NCBI GenBank assembly: GCA_051294375.1
Contig: CM119266.1
Location: 23,584,776 to 23,648,775 of the forward strand
Direction: 5' to 3'
Length of the DNA: 64,000 nt
From: Paraspadella gotoi
Taxonomy: Eukaryota > Animalia > Chaetognatha
Shown: piece by piece, positions 14,617 to 33,340 of the stretch
How positions within the stretch are numbered: position 1 is the first letter of the stretch
Layout of the letters: every line of letters starts with the position of its first letter
Translations under genes and position numbers: made by a program
Notes under the pieces: model-generated
Told to the model about the DNA's origin: nothing
Seen by the model: only the letters and a program-made list of their open reading frames with translations
Databases searched by the model: none

Positions 14617-16854
14617 GGTCGACGTCGAAATGAGGAAAGGGAATTCGAGAGGCGACGTTTCTTCTCCGTGGAGATTTTGAGGTCGAGAGTTCGACTGAAT
14701 TATCATTTGATTTGGACGCGAGATGGGATCAAATTTGACGCGTGGACTGCGGGGGTGGGGGTGATACGAAGACTTTCGTGTGTCCTGAGAGATATAATAT
14801 ATATCTACGTTATTTTTTTAAACCTCCGGCGAGAAATGAACCCTTAAAATATTAACTTATAAAGTTTTAAAAGAATCTTTCTACATCAAACCCTTAACAT
14901 CCCATTCTCCTCAGAGTGAAACGAAACTTTCGCCAGCAATAAAGTATAAAAAAAATTTCATCTCTCTCTCTCTCTCGCTCTCCTTCTTTTCTTGAAGAAG
15001 GAAGAAGGAAGAAGGAAGAAAATAAAAAGGAGAGAAAAATGTTCGTGTCAGGTTTCCGCCGGAGAGAGGAAGGATGTTGACCTTTGAACTCTGAGGAGGT
15101 CGTCTCAAGGTCGACCTGCGCCATTCCTCACCCTTCACCGCCCTCGGCCCCGACCCATCGCGAATTCGTCACTCTCTCTCTCTCCTCTCTTTTTTTTTAC
15201 TTTTCTATTTCCCCCTTCTATTTTTTTCTATTTTACCCACTCCTTACTTTTCCCATTATCCCCTTCTCGTAATTCTTTATATATTTTTCTCAAGATATTT
15301 TCGGGCGTCTCTTTTAATTTTTTTTTTTTCAGTGCATCAACTAAACCCAACATTTTCTATCGTACTACATACTTCATTCTCATAGACTTATAGTCGCAGG
15401 GAGTCTTTGTTTCTTAATTTAATTTCATCCACGCTTTTTATACCCTTTTGAAGCACATTCCTTCGAATATGTAAGTCTTTGTTCATTGAGTTTATTCGAT
15501 ATTCCCACATCTATACTATAAATTCTATGGTTTATTTAGAATTTTATTTATCTCTGTTTATAACTTCGTTTCTTTCTCGTCTTATAAATTTCTAATCTTC
15601 AAATTCTCAACCCATATTATTCCTTACCCATCGACCTTACTTTTTCTTTTCCTTCCTCTCCTCTGCCTCTCCGCTGACCTTTTGGCGTCGCTGCCTTCGC
15701 CTACATCCGGGTCTCCTTGGAGATCGCTTCGAGGAAAGAACGGGTAAGGTTGATTCTCGAGGGATGTAATAACTTAGTAGGAGTTGTGAATGTTTAGTAG
15801 GAATATAGAGGACATAATTTTTAAAATAATTTGAACTTAAACCGAAACAAAATTTTTTTTATAGTTTTATTATAGTCATAGAGTCATCTTAATAAGCGGA
15901 TTTTGAGAATCTAAGAAGATTAGGAATACTAGAAACGAAAAATAAAAAAAAAGTATCAAAGAAAATGAAAATTAAACATTGGACGTTGTAGAAATGAGAC
16001 CAGAGTAGATTAAAAAGTCATAACAAACATGGCGAGGAAAAAAAAAAATAAGAAAGTGATGACCGCATCAGAGGAAACATGAGCTGGAATCACGAAATGG
16101 AGCAAAAAAAAGACAGAGGGGGGAGGCTGAGAGAGGCAAGGGGGGAGGAGAACCGCGAGGCGTTTCTGAGGCAAAATTCTTTAATTTTTCGGGTCAACTC
16201 TCGAGTCGCGTTCGTCGTTTTCGTCGTCGTCGATATCGTCTTCGTGAACGTCGCCGTCGTCGTCATCGTCGTCTTCTTTGTTGTCGTTTTCATCGTCATT
16301 CTCATCGTCGTGGTTTTCGTTGTCAACGTCGATTTGATCGTCGTCGTCATCGTCGTCGTCGTTGTTCCGGATTTCTGGAGCGAATTCGGAGCAAAATGTG
16401 GGAAAAGGATTTCGGCGACGAAGCCGAGAAATGGTGAAAAGGGAGGAAAGAAAATGGAAAAAAAGAGAATAAAAGAAAAAAAAAAGTGGAAATGGACAGA
16501 AAAGGGTTAAAATTGGAAAGAACACGGAAATCGAGTTTAGGAAGAAAAGAAGCGGTTGACAAGTAAAAGCTTTCGGTTCATGTTGACAGTTTGGCGAGAG
16601 AGAATGAACGACTTGCGTTTTTGTAATTTATTAATAGAAATACTACGTTTACTAATTGACGAAGTCTGAAAATAAATGGAGGAAAACGATCGAGGGAATC
16701 GGAAATGGAGAAAACTTTGGATGAATTTTTTACAAGAGAAAAGAGAAAGAAATTATTCTTCCATTATTTTTCTTGATTTTCCGTCAAGAAGAAGAAAAAC
16801 GGTGAATATTACTCATTATTCATGATCCATCTATCCATCCATCGGTCTCGGTTT

Positions 16855-16894
<40 letters not shown>

Positions 16895-17020
16895 ATGGCG
16901 ATGATGATGAAATTATAATGGCGATGATGATAATGATGTTATGATGATGACGATGAAGACTTTATGATGACGATGACAACGACGACTGACGACGACAACG
17001 ACGATGCGGAGGTGTGAAGG

Positions 17021-17112
17021 TCAGTGCCACGCAGGGGTGCTGGGCGTGGATGATGAGCAGTAATCAAATAAACGACTTCTGCGCCTCTCGAAGTCCGAGG
17101 GAAACGCCGACG
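17021..17112 (-). CDS. Candidate terminal exon of an unidentified gene (…[29 protein letters not shown])
   Basis: On -, a polypyrimidine tract and AG (CTCTTTCCCTCCTCTCCGCCGTCCGAAG) precede a non-repetitive frame ending in a stop. The sequence is duplicated at ~31872-31965 on +. No homology was recognised. Confidence 0.25.
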
Positions 17113-17475
17113 CTTCGGACGGCGGAGAGGAGGGAAAGAGAGGTGGGTATATATGGTGTTGAGTGGAGGGGGTGAGGATTGCGTGAGTGGAGAAAAAACG
17201 CGAGAGGCGGGACGGTAGGGAAAATGTCGGACAATGGAGATGACAAACCTTGATAATTCCGAGATGGGATAACGAGAAGAGAGAAGGGAGAAAAAAAGGG
17301 AGAGGAAAAGGTGAGAAAGGGAGGAGAGGGAATGGAGAAAAGGAGGGGGGAAAGGGGAAAATGAGAGAGAGGAGGACATACAAAAGAGCCAGCGGAGAAA
17401 AGTAGGTCGCGAATCCGGAGAGATGAATCGAACGTAAATTGGATCCAAGATGGAAGAAAAGATTCGTGATTCGGC

Positions 17476-17611
<136 letters not shown>

Positions 17612-17906
17612 ATTTTTCTATTGGACCATCTTTAGGTTGGTGAGGTCAGTGCAAAGTTTCAGGGCTCGGCGAGGGCGTCTTTGCAGGGCCGGAGGTCATC
17701 GGGGTTTTGCGGTGCAGGAGGATCAAGAACGCGGGGAAATCTTGTCGAATGCAAATGAGAGAGAGGCGACGTCGCGGGGTCGAATGACGGACATACGAAA
17801 GCGGTTGGGACGATGTGGGGTTATTTTGGCTGATATGAGACGAGTGGGGGTGGAGGTGTATTACACACTTTTATATATGTACTAGTTTATAGAGCGATGT
17901 AGGAAA

Positions 17907-17988
<82 letters not shown>

Positions 17989-18001
17989 AAGAAAGATAGG
18001 T

Positions 18002-18036
<35 letters not shown>

Positions 18037-18936
18037 AACATAGAAAGAAAAAAAGAAAGAAGAGAGAAAGAGAGAAAAGAGAGTTAGATAAAAATAAAAG
18101 ATGATTTATTTTTCTGTAACAGTAAGAGAGAAAGAAGTAAACGAAACGGTAAGAAAATACAATCAAGATAAACGAGAAACGAGAAATGAGGAAAGCGTAA
18201 ATGATGTGAAAATGAAAATTGAAGAGGAGAAAGTCCGTTATGAAGGGAAATTAAAAAAAGAGGAGAAGAGAGAAAAGAAAGGGAGAAAGCGCGAGAGACT
18301 CCTGCTTCATTAGGACAAACACTAGGTGAATTCAAGGTTAACTGGATCAGGGAAGAAAACTCTTTTTGTCTTTGTAACTCTTTTTTTTAATCTTTATTTT
18401 TCCCGCTTCCGTTTTCATTTTTGCTTCAAACCTTTCGCTTGCCGCGAGTTTTTATTATTTTTTTTTATTATTTTTTAAAATTTTTCCTTCGTGTTTATTT
18501 TTTTTTTTATTATTTTTTTTTTATATTTTCCCCCTTTTATTCTTTATCCGACTTCGACTGTACTTTATATTTCATCCCTTTTTCAGATTCCTATTTGTGC
18601 CATCGCTAGTTTCATACCGCCCTGAGCTTTTTCTTCTCTTCTTTTTCATTTCCTCTTCTTATTTTTACGCTTCTCTTTTCATTTTTTATCTCGATCTTTT
18701 TTTTTTTCTGCAAAGATAAAAAAACTTGTAATTTATGCGAGAGGAAGAAATAAAATGACGTCCTTGTTCGTCATGGAAGGTAACCTCGTGTCACGGTCTT
18801 TCTAGAATAGAGGAAGAAGAGAGAGAGAGAAAGAGAAAGAGAAACAGAGAGAGAGAGACTGCCCTAAAGATAGATCTTCCTTCAAGAAACGCGGTGGTTT
18901 GGCCTAACACTAAAGACGGTTTCAGATATTGTTTTA

Positions 18937-18984
18937 TTGTACAATGTACAATGTACATGTACAATGTACAATGTACAATGTACA
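18937..18984. repeat. (TGTACAA)n heptamer repeat with palindromic TGTACA core
   Basis: About 7 units, with a reverse-complement copy at ~29958-30007. Confidence 0.85.
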
Positions 18985-19780
18985 GTCCAAATTCTACTTT
19001 GATTCCATCTTCCATTATCATGGCTTCTCACGGTCATCCCTACCACAACCCCTTCATTAATATTCCCTCCCCGACCTCGCCCACAGTCTCTATTTCTTCG
19101 TTCCTTATCCTTTTCTTACCCTAACTTACCTCACAGTTGCTTTTTGTCACTTTCGCTCCCTTCCATCCCTTACCCCCCCTATCACAAAACGCGCTTAAAC
19201 GCTGCGGCCTCGACCCCGGCCGTACGATTTTCTCGTGTTCGGCCGCGCGTCCGTCGGCCTCCGGGTCGGCGTTTATTATTGTAGCCGCGCGTCGAAGGTC
19301 GACGGAAGAAAAAACCGATTTCCCGAAAGGAGGTGAAAGGGGAAATGGCAAGCGGGAAGGACCGAGAGCTGGCGAGGGGAAAGTAGGGGGGTGGAAGTGG
19401 GGTAGGGCGGGGAGTCGTTACGAAATGATTTTAAGGTTTATTAGTGAAGGGCAAAGTTTTGTGGAATTTCGAGAAAAGGCGAAGCGCCCGTGGACGGGGT
19501 TTAGTTCTCACTTTTTTTTTTGATGTTTTATCGGGGGAAGAGGTAGCGAGTGTGAAGAGAAGAAGCGAAGTTCAAAGGGAAGTTTCTCTCTGAAAAAGGA
19601 GTCGGGTTGCGCGTTGAGAGAGTGAGTTCGAGCATTGTAGTGGAGTGGAATGGCGCGAAACGGAAGGTGTAATTTGATAAGGCACCCAGGGAAAAAAAAG
19701 ACGGGGAGAATTAGTTTGAGAGGACGAGAGAGAGAGAGAGAAGAGAAGAGGCAGAGAGAGAGAGAGGAGAGAGAGAAGAG

Positions 19781-19821
<41 letters not shown>

Positions 19822-21251
19822 AGAGAGAGAGAGAATACGTGAAAAAGAGAGAGGAAATGAGGAAGACAGTTATCTGCTTTTAAATGGGATTTGGAGGTTA
19901 GTAGAGAGAGAGAGTAAGTTGAAAACCGATACTTGTGTCTAAATCTTTGGGAATGTAATTAGATGTATATCAAAAGTTTAGTATTAATGACTTAAATGAT
20001 AAGATTAGGCTAACGAAGGCATGGGAAGGTGACGAAAAAACGGTGAGAAGTCGCGGAACCAAGAAAGCGTGTTGAGGACTCAGGGTTCACGAAAAGCGTG
20101 AGATTTCCGGTACTGTGAAGGGGTTTCGAGGAAAGAGCGAATTAATCTTCAGGGGAACAATGAAAGAAGCGAAGAAAATCTGATGCCAATTAAATCCTTC
20201 ACTCCGCGAGGCGACGAAATGTCAACTTCCGGAGTAAGAAAAACAACTTGTCGATTTAATCCGTATGTAATCTTAAGTAAATACGAAGCCATTAAATTTT
20301 AAAAAAAAAAAATAATGTAAACGATTGCAAAGTCAATTCATACAGACCAGAATTGGATGGGTCAAGGGTCATTTAACTACTTTTAGGGGAGAATTACAAT
20401 GACAATAGCCTAAGTAGTCGTAAAGATATTAAAACTGATTTAAACACGGAATTGTTTCCGTTCTATAAATAGATAAAAGAAGCAATTAACAATTTAAAAG
20501 TTTTGGAAACAAAAGACAAAAGAATAAGAGTGACGGGAGCTTAATATTTACCGACTCCCACCGGCATATTTCTGACCCGGTTGACAACGAAAACGTGAAT
20601 AAGAAACCGGACGTGATAGACACATTTTAAGGCTGAATTCCCGGATGTAGTGACAACCGACGTGAAAGGACGACGCAACGGAAGATTACAAAGTTTACGA
20701 GTTTCGGGAAGCGAGAGACGCCGGGCGTCATAAAAAATCACGTGACCGCGACGACCCGCCTCGCGAGTCACCGTGAACGCGGAGGACCCTTTTCGAATTT
20801 CACGCGGTCCGTTTGTGGATGCTAATTCAGCGAATCGGCCCTCGAGGGGTCGCTGAATGTTTTGTCGCAAAAGCTTGTGTTTACGTTTTGATCGGGATAT
20901 TAGAATTAAATGCCTGAAAGAAAAAATGGTTTGAAAAGCTGTTCAATTAGTTATTACAAATATTTGTTCTTTCGCTTTCTATCGACTGATCTTAGATTAA
21001 CTTTCTCGGTTCCAATGATTTTATTATTCTTTCGCGGTTCGACACAAAAATAATTTTAATTCTTTTTTTTTTAAAATTTTTAATGTTCTTAATTTTCGAC
21101 ACTCGCCACCAATGACCATCTTTTCAGTTTTTATCCCACGTATCACTATATAATTATTTTTTTTTGACGGTTTCTTTCATCGTTATTTTCTTTTTACATT
21201 TAACTTTCGCATCTTTTAAATTAACTCTCTCTCTCTCTTCTCTTCTCTTCT

Positions 21252-21289
<38 letters not shown>

Positions 21290-21434
21290 CTCTCTCTCTT
21301 CTCTCTCTCTCTCAGCTTTTTTTTCATAATTCCCGCGTTAGACGTGCGCTTATGCCAGCATAATTCCCTTTGCACTCACGTCCGCTCATAATCTTGGTCT
21401 AAATAAGGGCCATTCTCTTCTATCCTCTTCTCCT

Positions 21435-21516
<82 letters not shown>

Positions 21517-21549
21517 CACCTCCCTTTTCTACATCGCCTCGACACTCTC

Positions 21550-21866
21550 TCCCTCCCTTCTCCAGTCTGGTCGGTTCTCTCTCGGCGCGAGGTTCACCCC
21601 CGTAATTTGTTGCCAGGGACGGTCCCATTCAAGGCAGGCGCCATAACCGATGGGCGGTTTAATGGTATACTTTGGGTACTTGGACGGGAAGGAGAGAGAG
21701 GGAATGGAGAAGGGAGGAAAGAAGGTGAAAAGAGGATGAAGAAAGAAAGAAAGAAGAAAGAAAGAAGGAAAGAAAGAAAGAAAGAAAGGAAGAAAAAAGA
21801 CTAGAAAGAAAGAAAGAAAAGAAATAAGAGAAAGTACGGAAAAAGAGACAAAAAGAGAAAAGAAAA

Positions 21867-21897
<31 letters not shown>

Positions 21898-22978
21898 AGA
21901 AGAAAAGAAAAGGAAAGAAAGGAAAGAAAGAAAGAATAGAAGAAAGAAAAGAAAGAAAAAGAATGAAAAAAAAAGAAAAAAGAAAAAAAGAAAGAAAGAA
22001 AAGAAAGAAAAGAAAGAAAAGAAAGAAAAAAAGATAAAAAGTAAAAAGAGAGGGAACGTGTTTCTAACCCTTAACCGAAAGAAAGGGAGCGGGTGGGTTC
22101 CGAAGTAAGTCTCATGGAAGGGTATGTTGCTAGCTTGACTCAGGTTAGGTCAAAGCGAAAGGTTGGGTAATTGAATGACGTTTCGCGGTTCTCGTTCTAG
22201 AGGTCTGAGGGGTTGAAGCTTCCGAGGGCGTGAGGGAGAGAGAGAGAGAGAGATAGGAGAGGAGAGGAGAAGAGAGAGAGNNNNNNNNNNNNNNNNNNNN
22301 NNNNNCTTCAACCCCTCAGACCCTCTAGAACGAGAACCGCGAAAGTCATTCATTACCCATCCTTTCGCTTTGACCTAACCTGAGTCAAGCTAGCAACATA
22401 CCCTTCCATGAGACTTACTCCGAACCCACCCGCTCCCTTTCTTTCGGTTAGGGTTAGAAACACGTTCCTCTCTTTTTTACTTTTTATCTTTTTTTCTTTC
22501 TTTTCTTTCTTTTCTTTCTTTTCTTTTTTTTCTTTTTTTTTTTCTTTTTTTTTCATTCTTTTCTTTCTTTTCTTTCTTCTATTCTTTCTTTCTTTACTTC
22601 TTTCTTTTCTTTTCTTCTTATTTTTCTTTCTTTACTTTCTTTCTTTCTTTCTTCTTTTTTCTTTTTTCTCTTTTTGTCTCTTTTCGTACTTTCTCTTATT
22701 CTTTTCTTTCTTTCTTTCGTTTCTTTTCCTTCCTTCTTTCTTTCTTTCTTTTCTTTTCTTTCTTTCTTTCTTTCTTTCTTCATCCTCTTTCACCTTCTTT
22801 CCTCCCTTCCTCCAATCTTCCCTCTCTCTCCTTCTCCCGTCCAAGTACCAAAAATTGAGGTGAAACATTAACCCGCATCGGGGGGATTATGGCGCCTGCC
22901 TTGAATGGGACCGTCCCTGGCAAGCATTACGGGGGTGACCTCGCGCCGAGAGAGAACCGACCAGACTGGAGAGGGAGG
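21550..22978. other. Fold-back duplicate around the 25-N gap 22281-22305 (21550-22219 vs 22306-22978)
   Basis: Reverse-complement match, for example GAGGGGTTGAAG vs CTTCAACCCCTC and CTCCAGTCTGGTCGG vs CCGACCAGACTGGAG. Confidence 0.9.
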
Positions 22979-22979
22979 G

Positions 22980-25900
22980 GATATATTAAGCTTTAAATAA
23001 AATGATTAAACACACATCACTCTATCTGGCATCTTCGAAAATATATAGTATCAGCACTGGCATCAGGTTCTTTCAGAATCTATCGGATCACCATTCACAG
23101 AGATATTCTCTCCTTCGCTCCTTCTCTTCTCCTGCTTCTCTGCTTTTCGTTCTTCTCTTCTCGTGCTTTCTTTCTGCTTCTCGTGTCCATAGCACTATAC
23201 ACACGCACAACTATTCACGTATGCATGACGTCCGTAGTGGCGCCCTCTGATGTTTCGTTCTCGCTTTCGCCTCTTGCGGCCCTGCGTGAAATTCATCCCC
23301 TTCTTATCTCCATTCATCCATATCCCTCAATCTCGGTACCGATCCGCGTTCAGAGTTGGAGTATGTCTCGTGTTAGTATATCATCAAAAAAAGCTACTCT
23401 CTCTTCATCTCTCTCTTCTTTCTTTCTACTCATTTCGAGAAGGAGAGACTCTGAGTTTTCTGTTTCTTCTCGTGGGCTAGTTTTCTCTCTTACTTTTCGT
23501 TTGTGTTTTTCTGCTATTTCATCGTTCTTATGCCTAATCATACCCCACCTGCCCTTTTCTAGCATCGCACTGCGACACTTATCTCTCTTCCCTCCCTTGC
23601 TCCAGTCTCTGGGTTGTGTCGGTTCTCTTTATGGTCGCTTTTCGTTTGGCGTTCGTTGTATTTGGTTTCACTCACGCATCGACGAGCGTCTGAGAGTAGA
23701 ATTGGACTGGGTGATCCTGTCCACGCGATGTCGCGCGAGAGCGGTCAACCTATATACTCGCACAGGGTGAGGCAAACATCTTAAACAGCATACTCGAGTA
23801 TAACGTATCATCGAGAGATCTGGTAGAGAGTGTGAGTATTAATAAACTTGTATAATTATCAACAACCTGATAAAATAAACTGTAAAAAATTACTGTAAAA
23901 TACTCTCGGTAACATAACCAGTTATGATATGAAATTGTGGATTTCGGACTAGTGAGAACTGCCGGAGAGAAGCAATGGGATCGGTTGCATATATGCAGAG
24001 GGAGAATGAGGGAAGGGAGAGAAAGAGAGAAGAGAAGCGAAGGCGAGTGCAGAGAGGATGGATCGGATATTCGAGAAAGCTATATAGTATATATGATTAT
24101 ATTATAGAAAGACGTTTAACACCGAAAGAAGATTAAAAGAAAGAAAAGCAGAAAAAGAAAGAACGGAGAGAGCGAAACCAACCGAAAGAGAGAAAGAAGG
24201 ACAAAGAGACGAGTAGAAGACGAATCGAGGGAGAGGATATGACGTGAATCATAGAAAAGTCGACGCAACTATGCAACAGAGAGGCGCCGAGAGAGAGAAA
24301 GGAGAAGAAAAAAAGATACGAGAGAAGAAGCGAGATGAGGGAAGAACGAATAATATGTATGAAGGGAATGAGAGAGAGGAGGAAAAGGGAATAAAGAATG
24401 AAATATTGGAAGGAAGAAAAGAGAGAGAGAGGGAGAAAAGCAGAAGGAAGAAGAAGGACGATGAGAGAAGAAAGAGAAAGAAGAAGAGAGAAGAGAAAAA
24501 GAGAGAAAGGAGAGAAGGAAAGAGAAGAAAAGAAAAAGAAGAAGAGAAAGAGAAAAAGGAGAAAGAGAAAGAGGAGTAGAGAGAGAGAGTAAAAAATGAG
24601 AGATGAACCGTTAGTATTCGTAACCCTAATCAGATCGATATGTACATAGTGGTAAGTCGTGCATTGTGTGAGTCGTCAGAGGAGTTACGTAGTTTTACTA
24701 AATGGGCCACGTACGCGAGGATGACGAGTCTTTGTTAGAGCATTCTGACCAGACCCTCACGGTGTTTTAGAGGGTCAAAGTAGCGATTAATATGTGAATT
24801 AGGAGCGCTCACACATAAACAGACATGAGCAAATACGCCCAGACTTATCTCCACAAGTGACAGTATTTGGAGGAGGATCTAGATGGGGAATTTGGAAGCT
24901 CCGAGGTTCGGAGTCAGCGACGAAAGAGAAGAAGAGAAAAGGAGCGCGAACGCTACGGAGAGACGAGAGAGAGAAAGAAGAGGAGAAGAGAGAGGAGAGA
25001 GAAAGAGAGAGAGAAGGAGAGAGAAAGAGAGAGAGAGAGAGGAGAGAGGAGAGGAGGAGAAGAGAAAATATTCTGGATGCGCAACTCAATCGCGCGGGCG
25101 TGGCGGATGGGGTCAATAGTCATTGACCGACCGCCCCCTCGAGGCCGCTGAGCGGTCGGAACCGGGGAACAGCGGCCTGCTGCCATGAGAGGGCGACGGT
25201 CAAGAATCCGAGGTCTGGATCGAGCCAGTGCGTCGTGCGTCGGCGCAGTGTCGACCACAGCTTGACATGTACATACCCCATGTTTCTTGCGTTCTCCGTT
25301 TCAATCTGCGACGCAGGTAAAGGCATCTCCGGCAGAACGTCACAGAGTTTTTGCCAGTAACGCGGCGAGTACTCGGCGCCCACAGGAACGACCCGTGCAA
25401 AGATCTGGGGCCAGCATCCGAGCCCACAGTAAGCATGAGCCAGTGACGAGCCACACAGACAGGCGCTCGACAGGCAGGGACTCGTCATCAGAGCGGGTTG
25501 TGTGGAGCATGGAAGGGATGTAACGGCGTAGGCAGGGAAATACGTGGGGTGACTCATGCAGGAAGGTTACACTCGCCGCGGGATGACCACGAGATGAAGC
25601 AGCACAAGCTGATCAGTTTTAGACGAGTGGGAAATACTGGGGAGGGAACGAAACACAAGTGAAATGGTTGGATAACAGTCGAATTTCTCTCACGAAATGT
25701 CTCTGGTTTAAGATTAGCAGGGCCGTAAGAATGAAGAGAAGACGAAAGATATGATAAGCTACACACATATGGCGGTAGCCTATATCAAGGTTTCCCACTG
25801 CGAAGATAGTATTGCATAAGATCTGGGAGTGACTAAGCGATGGAATTTTTGACGGTCGAACGGATTAATGACTTTGGCGTCGAGTTTAATGAACTCGAAT

Positions 25901-27786
25901 GTGGAGATGAATCGAGAGAACAGGGTTAACCGAATCGAGCGAGACAAGTCAAACTAATCGCAGCGAGAAGGTTAAAGAATCGAGAGGACATGTCAATGAA
26001 TCAGACGAGACCAGGTTCAATCCTGAAGCGAGAGAGAGGTAGTTACGCGAAGCGGGTCGACGTCGCAAATTGCAGAGGAAAGGGAATTCGAGAGGCACGT
26101 TATCTTCTCACGGTGTGAGATTCTTGAGGTCCGAGAGTTCACTGAACTTCATGCACTTTGATCCTTGGACAGGCGAGAATGGATCAAATTTGACCGCGTC
26201 TGACTGCCCCGGAGCGTCAGGGTGGTGGGTGATACGAAGACTTTTCGGCTGTCCTGAGAGAATATAATAATATATGCTACGTTATTTTTTTAAAAGCCTC
26301 CAGGCGAAGGAAAGCCCTAAACATGCAGTTAACACTAATAAAAGTTTAATTGATTAACGCGTGTTTTAAAGGTCTTTCTACATCAAACCTTAACATCCAT
26401 TCTCCTCAGAGTGAAACGAAAACTTTCGCCAGCAATAAAGTATACAAAAAAATTTCATCTGCTCTCTCTCTCTCTCGCGTCTCCTTCTTTTCTTGAAGTA
26501 ATGGCACAAGAAGGAAGAAAGGAAGAAAATAAAAGAAGTAAAATGTTCGTGTCAGGGTTTCGCCGGAGATGAGGAAAAGGAATGTTGACCTTTTGAACTC
26601 TGAAGAGGTCGTCTCAAAGGTCGACCTGCCCATCCTACACCTTCACCCGCCCTCCGGCCCCGACCCATCCGCGAATTCGTCACTCTCTCTCGATCTTCTC
26701 TAGACTTTTTTTTTAACTTTTCTATTCCCTTTCTAATTTCTTTTCCGTAATTTACCCAACTCACCTTAACTTTTCCCATTCATCCCCTTCTGCGTATTCT
26801 TTATATATGTTTCTTCAGAATATTTTCGGGCGTCTCTTTTAATTTTTTTTTTTCCAGTGCATCAATACTAAACAACACATTTTCTCATCGTCACTACATA
26901 CTATTCTCATAGACCTTATAGTCGCAGGGAGTTCTTGTTTTCTTAATTTTAATTCTTCATCACGCTCTTTTATACCCTTTTGAAGCACATTCCTTCGAAT
27001 ATTAAGTTCTTTGGTTCATTGCAGTCATTTCTCGATATAGTTCCCACATCTATACTATATAATTCTATGGTTTATTAGAATTTATTTATTCTCTGTTTAT
27101 AACTTCGTTTCTTTCTCGTCTTAATTAAAATTCTAATTCTTCAACATTCTCACCCCCATTCACTCATTCCTTACACCATCGACACCTATACTTTTCTTCT
27201 TCCTTTCCTCTCCTCGTGCCTCCCGCTGACCTTTTGGCGTTCGCTGACCTTCGCCTACATCCGGGCTCTCCTTGGAAGATCGCTTCGAGGAAAGAACGGG
27301 TAAGGTTGATTCTCGAGGGATGTAATATAACTTAGTAGGAAGTTGTTGGAATGTTAGTAGGAATATCAGAGGACATACTAATCTTTTTAAAATAGATTTG
27401 AACTTAAACCTGAACAAAATTTTTTATTAGTTTTTATTTGATAGTCATAGAGTCAGTCTTAATAAGCGGAGTTGTGAGAATCTTAAGAAGATAGGCAATA
27501 CTAGAAACGCAAAAATAAAAAAAAACGTTATCAACTGAAAAATGAAGAAGACTTAAACATTGGACGTTGTAGCAAATGAGACCAGAGTAGATTTACAAAT
27601 TAGTCATTGAAGAAAGACTAGTGGCTGAGCAAAAGAAAAAATCAGGAGAAGTGCTGCTCTCGTGCTCTATGGATACCGGCCATGCATCGAGGGATCCAAG
27701 CCATGAGTGAATCACGAAAGATACATACGTGGGAGTAGCCTCTCATGATGGATCTACATCTCACATGCTACCTCTCAGGTCATCTC
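22980..27786 (+). other. Raw-read-like segment: noisy direct copy of ~21200-22280, then ~370 bp seen nowhere else, then noisy direct copy of 14133-~16097
   Basis: Anchors CCCACC..CCCTTTTCTA.CATCGC (23543 vs 21515) and GAAGCT.CCGAGG (24895 vs 22216), then colinearity of ~25450-27720 with 14140-16097. Confidence 0.8.
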
Positions 27787-27811
27787 NNNNNNNNNNNNNN
27801 NNNNNNNNNNN

Positions 27812-32100
<4,289 letters not shown>

Positions 32101-33049
32101 ATCATCATCATCANNNNNNNNNNNNNNNNNNNNNNNNNNNNNNNNNNNNNNNNNNNNNNNNNNNNNNNNNNNNNNNNNNNNNNNNNNNNNNNNNNNNNNN
32201 NNNNNNNNNNNNNNNNNNNNNNNNNNNNNNNNNNNNNNNNNNNNNNNNNNNNNNNNNNNNNNNNNNNNNNNNNNNNNNNNNNNNNNNNNNNNNNNNNNNN
32301 NNNNNNNNNNNNNNNNNNNNNNNNNNNNNNNNNNNNNNNNNNNNNNNNNNNNNNNNNNNNNNNNNNNNNNNNNNNNNNNNNNNNNNNNNNNNNNNNNNNN
32401 NNNNNNNNNNNNNNNNNNNNNNNNNNNNNNNNNNNNNNNNNNNNNNNNNNNNNNNNNNNNNNNNNNNNNNNNNNNNNNNNNNNNNNNNNNNNNNNNNNNN
32501 NNNNNNNNNNNNNNNNNNNNNNNNNNNNNNNNNNNNNNNNNNNNNNNNNNNNNNNNNNNNNNNNNNNNNNNNNNNNNNNNNNNNGAGAGGAGTTTGTGTG
32601 GGGTATGTGAGCTTAAGTAGGATTGAAAGGAATAATCTGGTGAAAGAGGGAGCGGGGTAAATGTGGTAGAAGAAAATAATAAAATGAATAATGCCTAGAA
32701 TAATCCCATTAATATGATAATCATAAATGATATAATGATATAATAAATGAAAAAAAAGTGAAGATGTAGGGACAATGGACAAAGTAAAATGAGATAAATG
32801 ATATATATATTTATATGATTGAGCAATTTTCCTCTAACATGATTAGATAAGCGAAAAGGATATTAAAGTTTAAAAAAGATCATACAATATTTATACATAA
32901 ATAATAAACTCTCTCGCTTTTCAATTCTAGTAATATACATAACAAAAAGAAATAACTGCGTCGAGAATCAACGATAAATCATCGACTTTTCTTCTTCTTT
33001 TCTTTCGCCGTCGAAGCAGAAGAGAAACACATTAACATCGCTGAGTTCT

Positions 33050-33340
33050 CAAGTCTTCAGTCTGCAGCCTTCCTCAGTCTTCAGTCTCCAGTCTTCCAAA
33101 GTCTTCAGTCTCCAGTCTTCTACAGTCGTCAGTCTTCCACAGTCTTCAGTCTCCAGTCTTCCACAGTCTTCAGTCTCCAGTCTTCTACAGTCGTCAGTCT
33201 TCGACAGTCTTCAGTCTCCAGTCTTCCACAGTCTTCAGTCTCCAGTCTTCCACAGTCTTCAGTCTCCAGTCTTCCACAGTCTTCCACAGTCTTCAGTCTC
33301 CTGTCTTCCACAGTCTTCCACCGTCTTCAGTCCACAGTCC
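33050..33340 (+). repeat. 24-bp minisatellite CAGTCTTCAGTCTCCAGTCTTCCA built from CAGTCT(T/C) subunits
   Basis: About 12 tandem units are visible directly. The periodic ORF 33129-33311 (EDWRLKTV / LETEDCGR) is a by-product. Confidence 0.9.
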
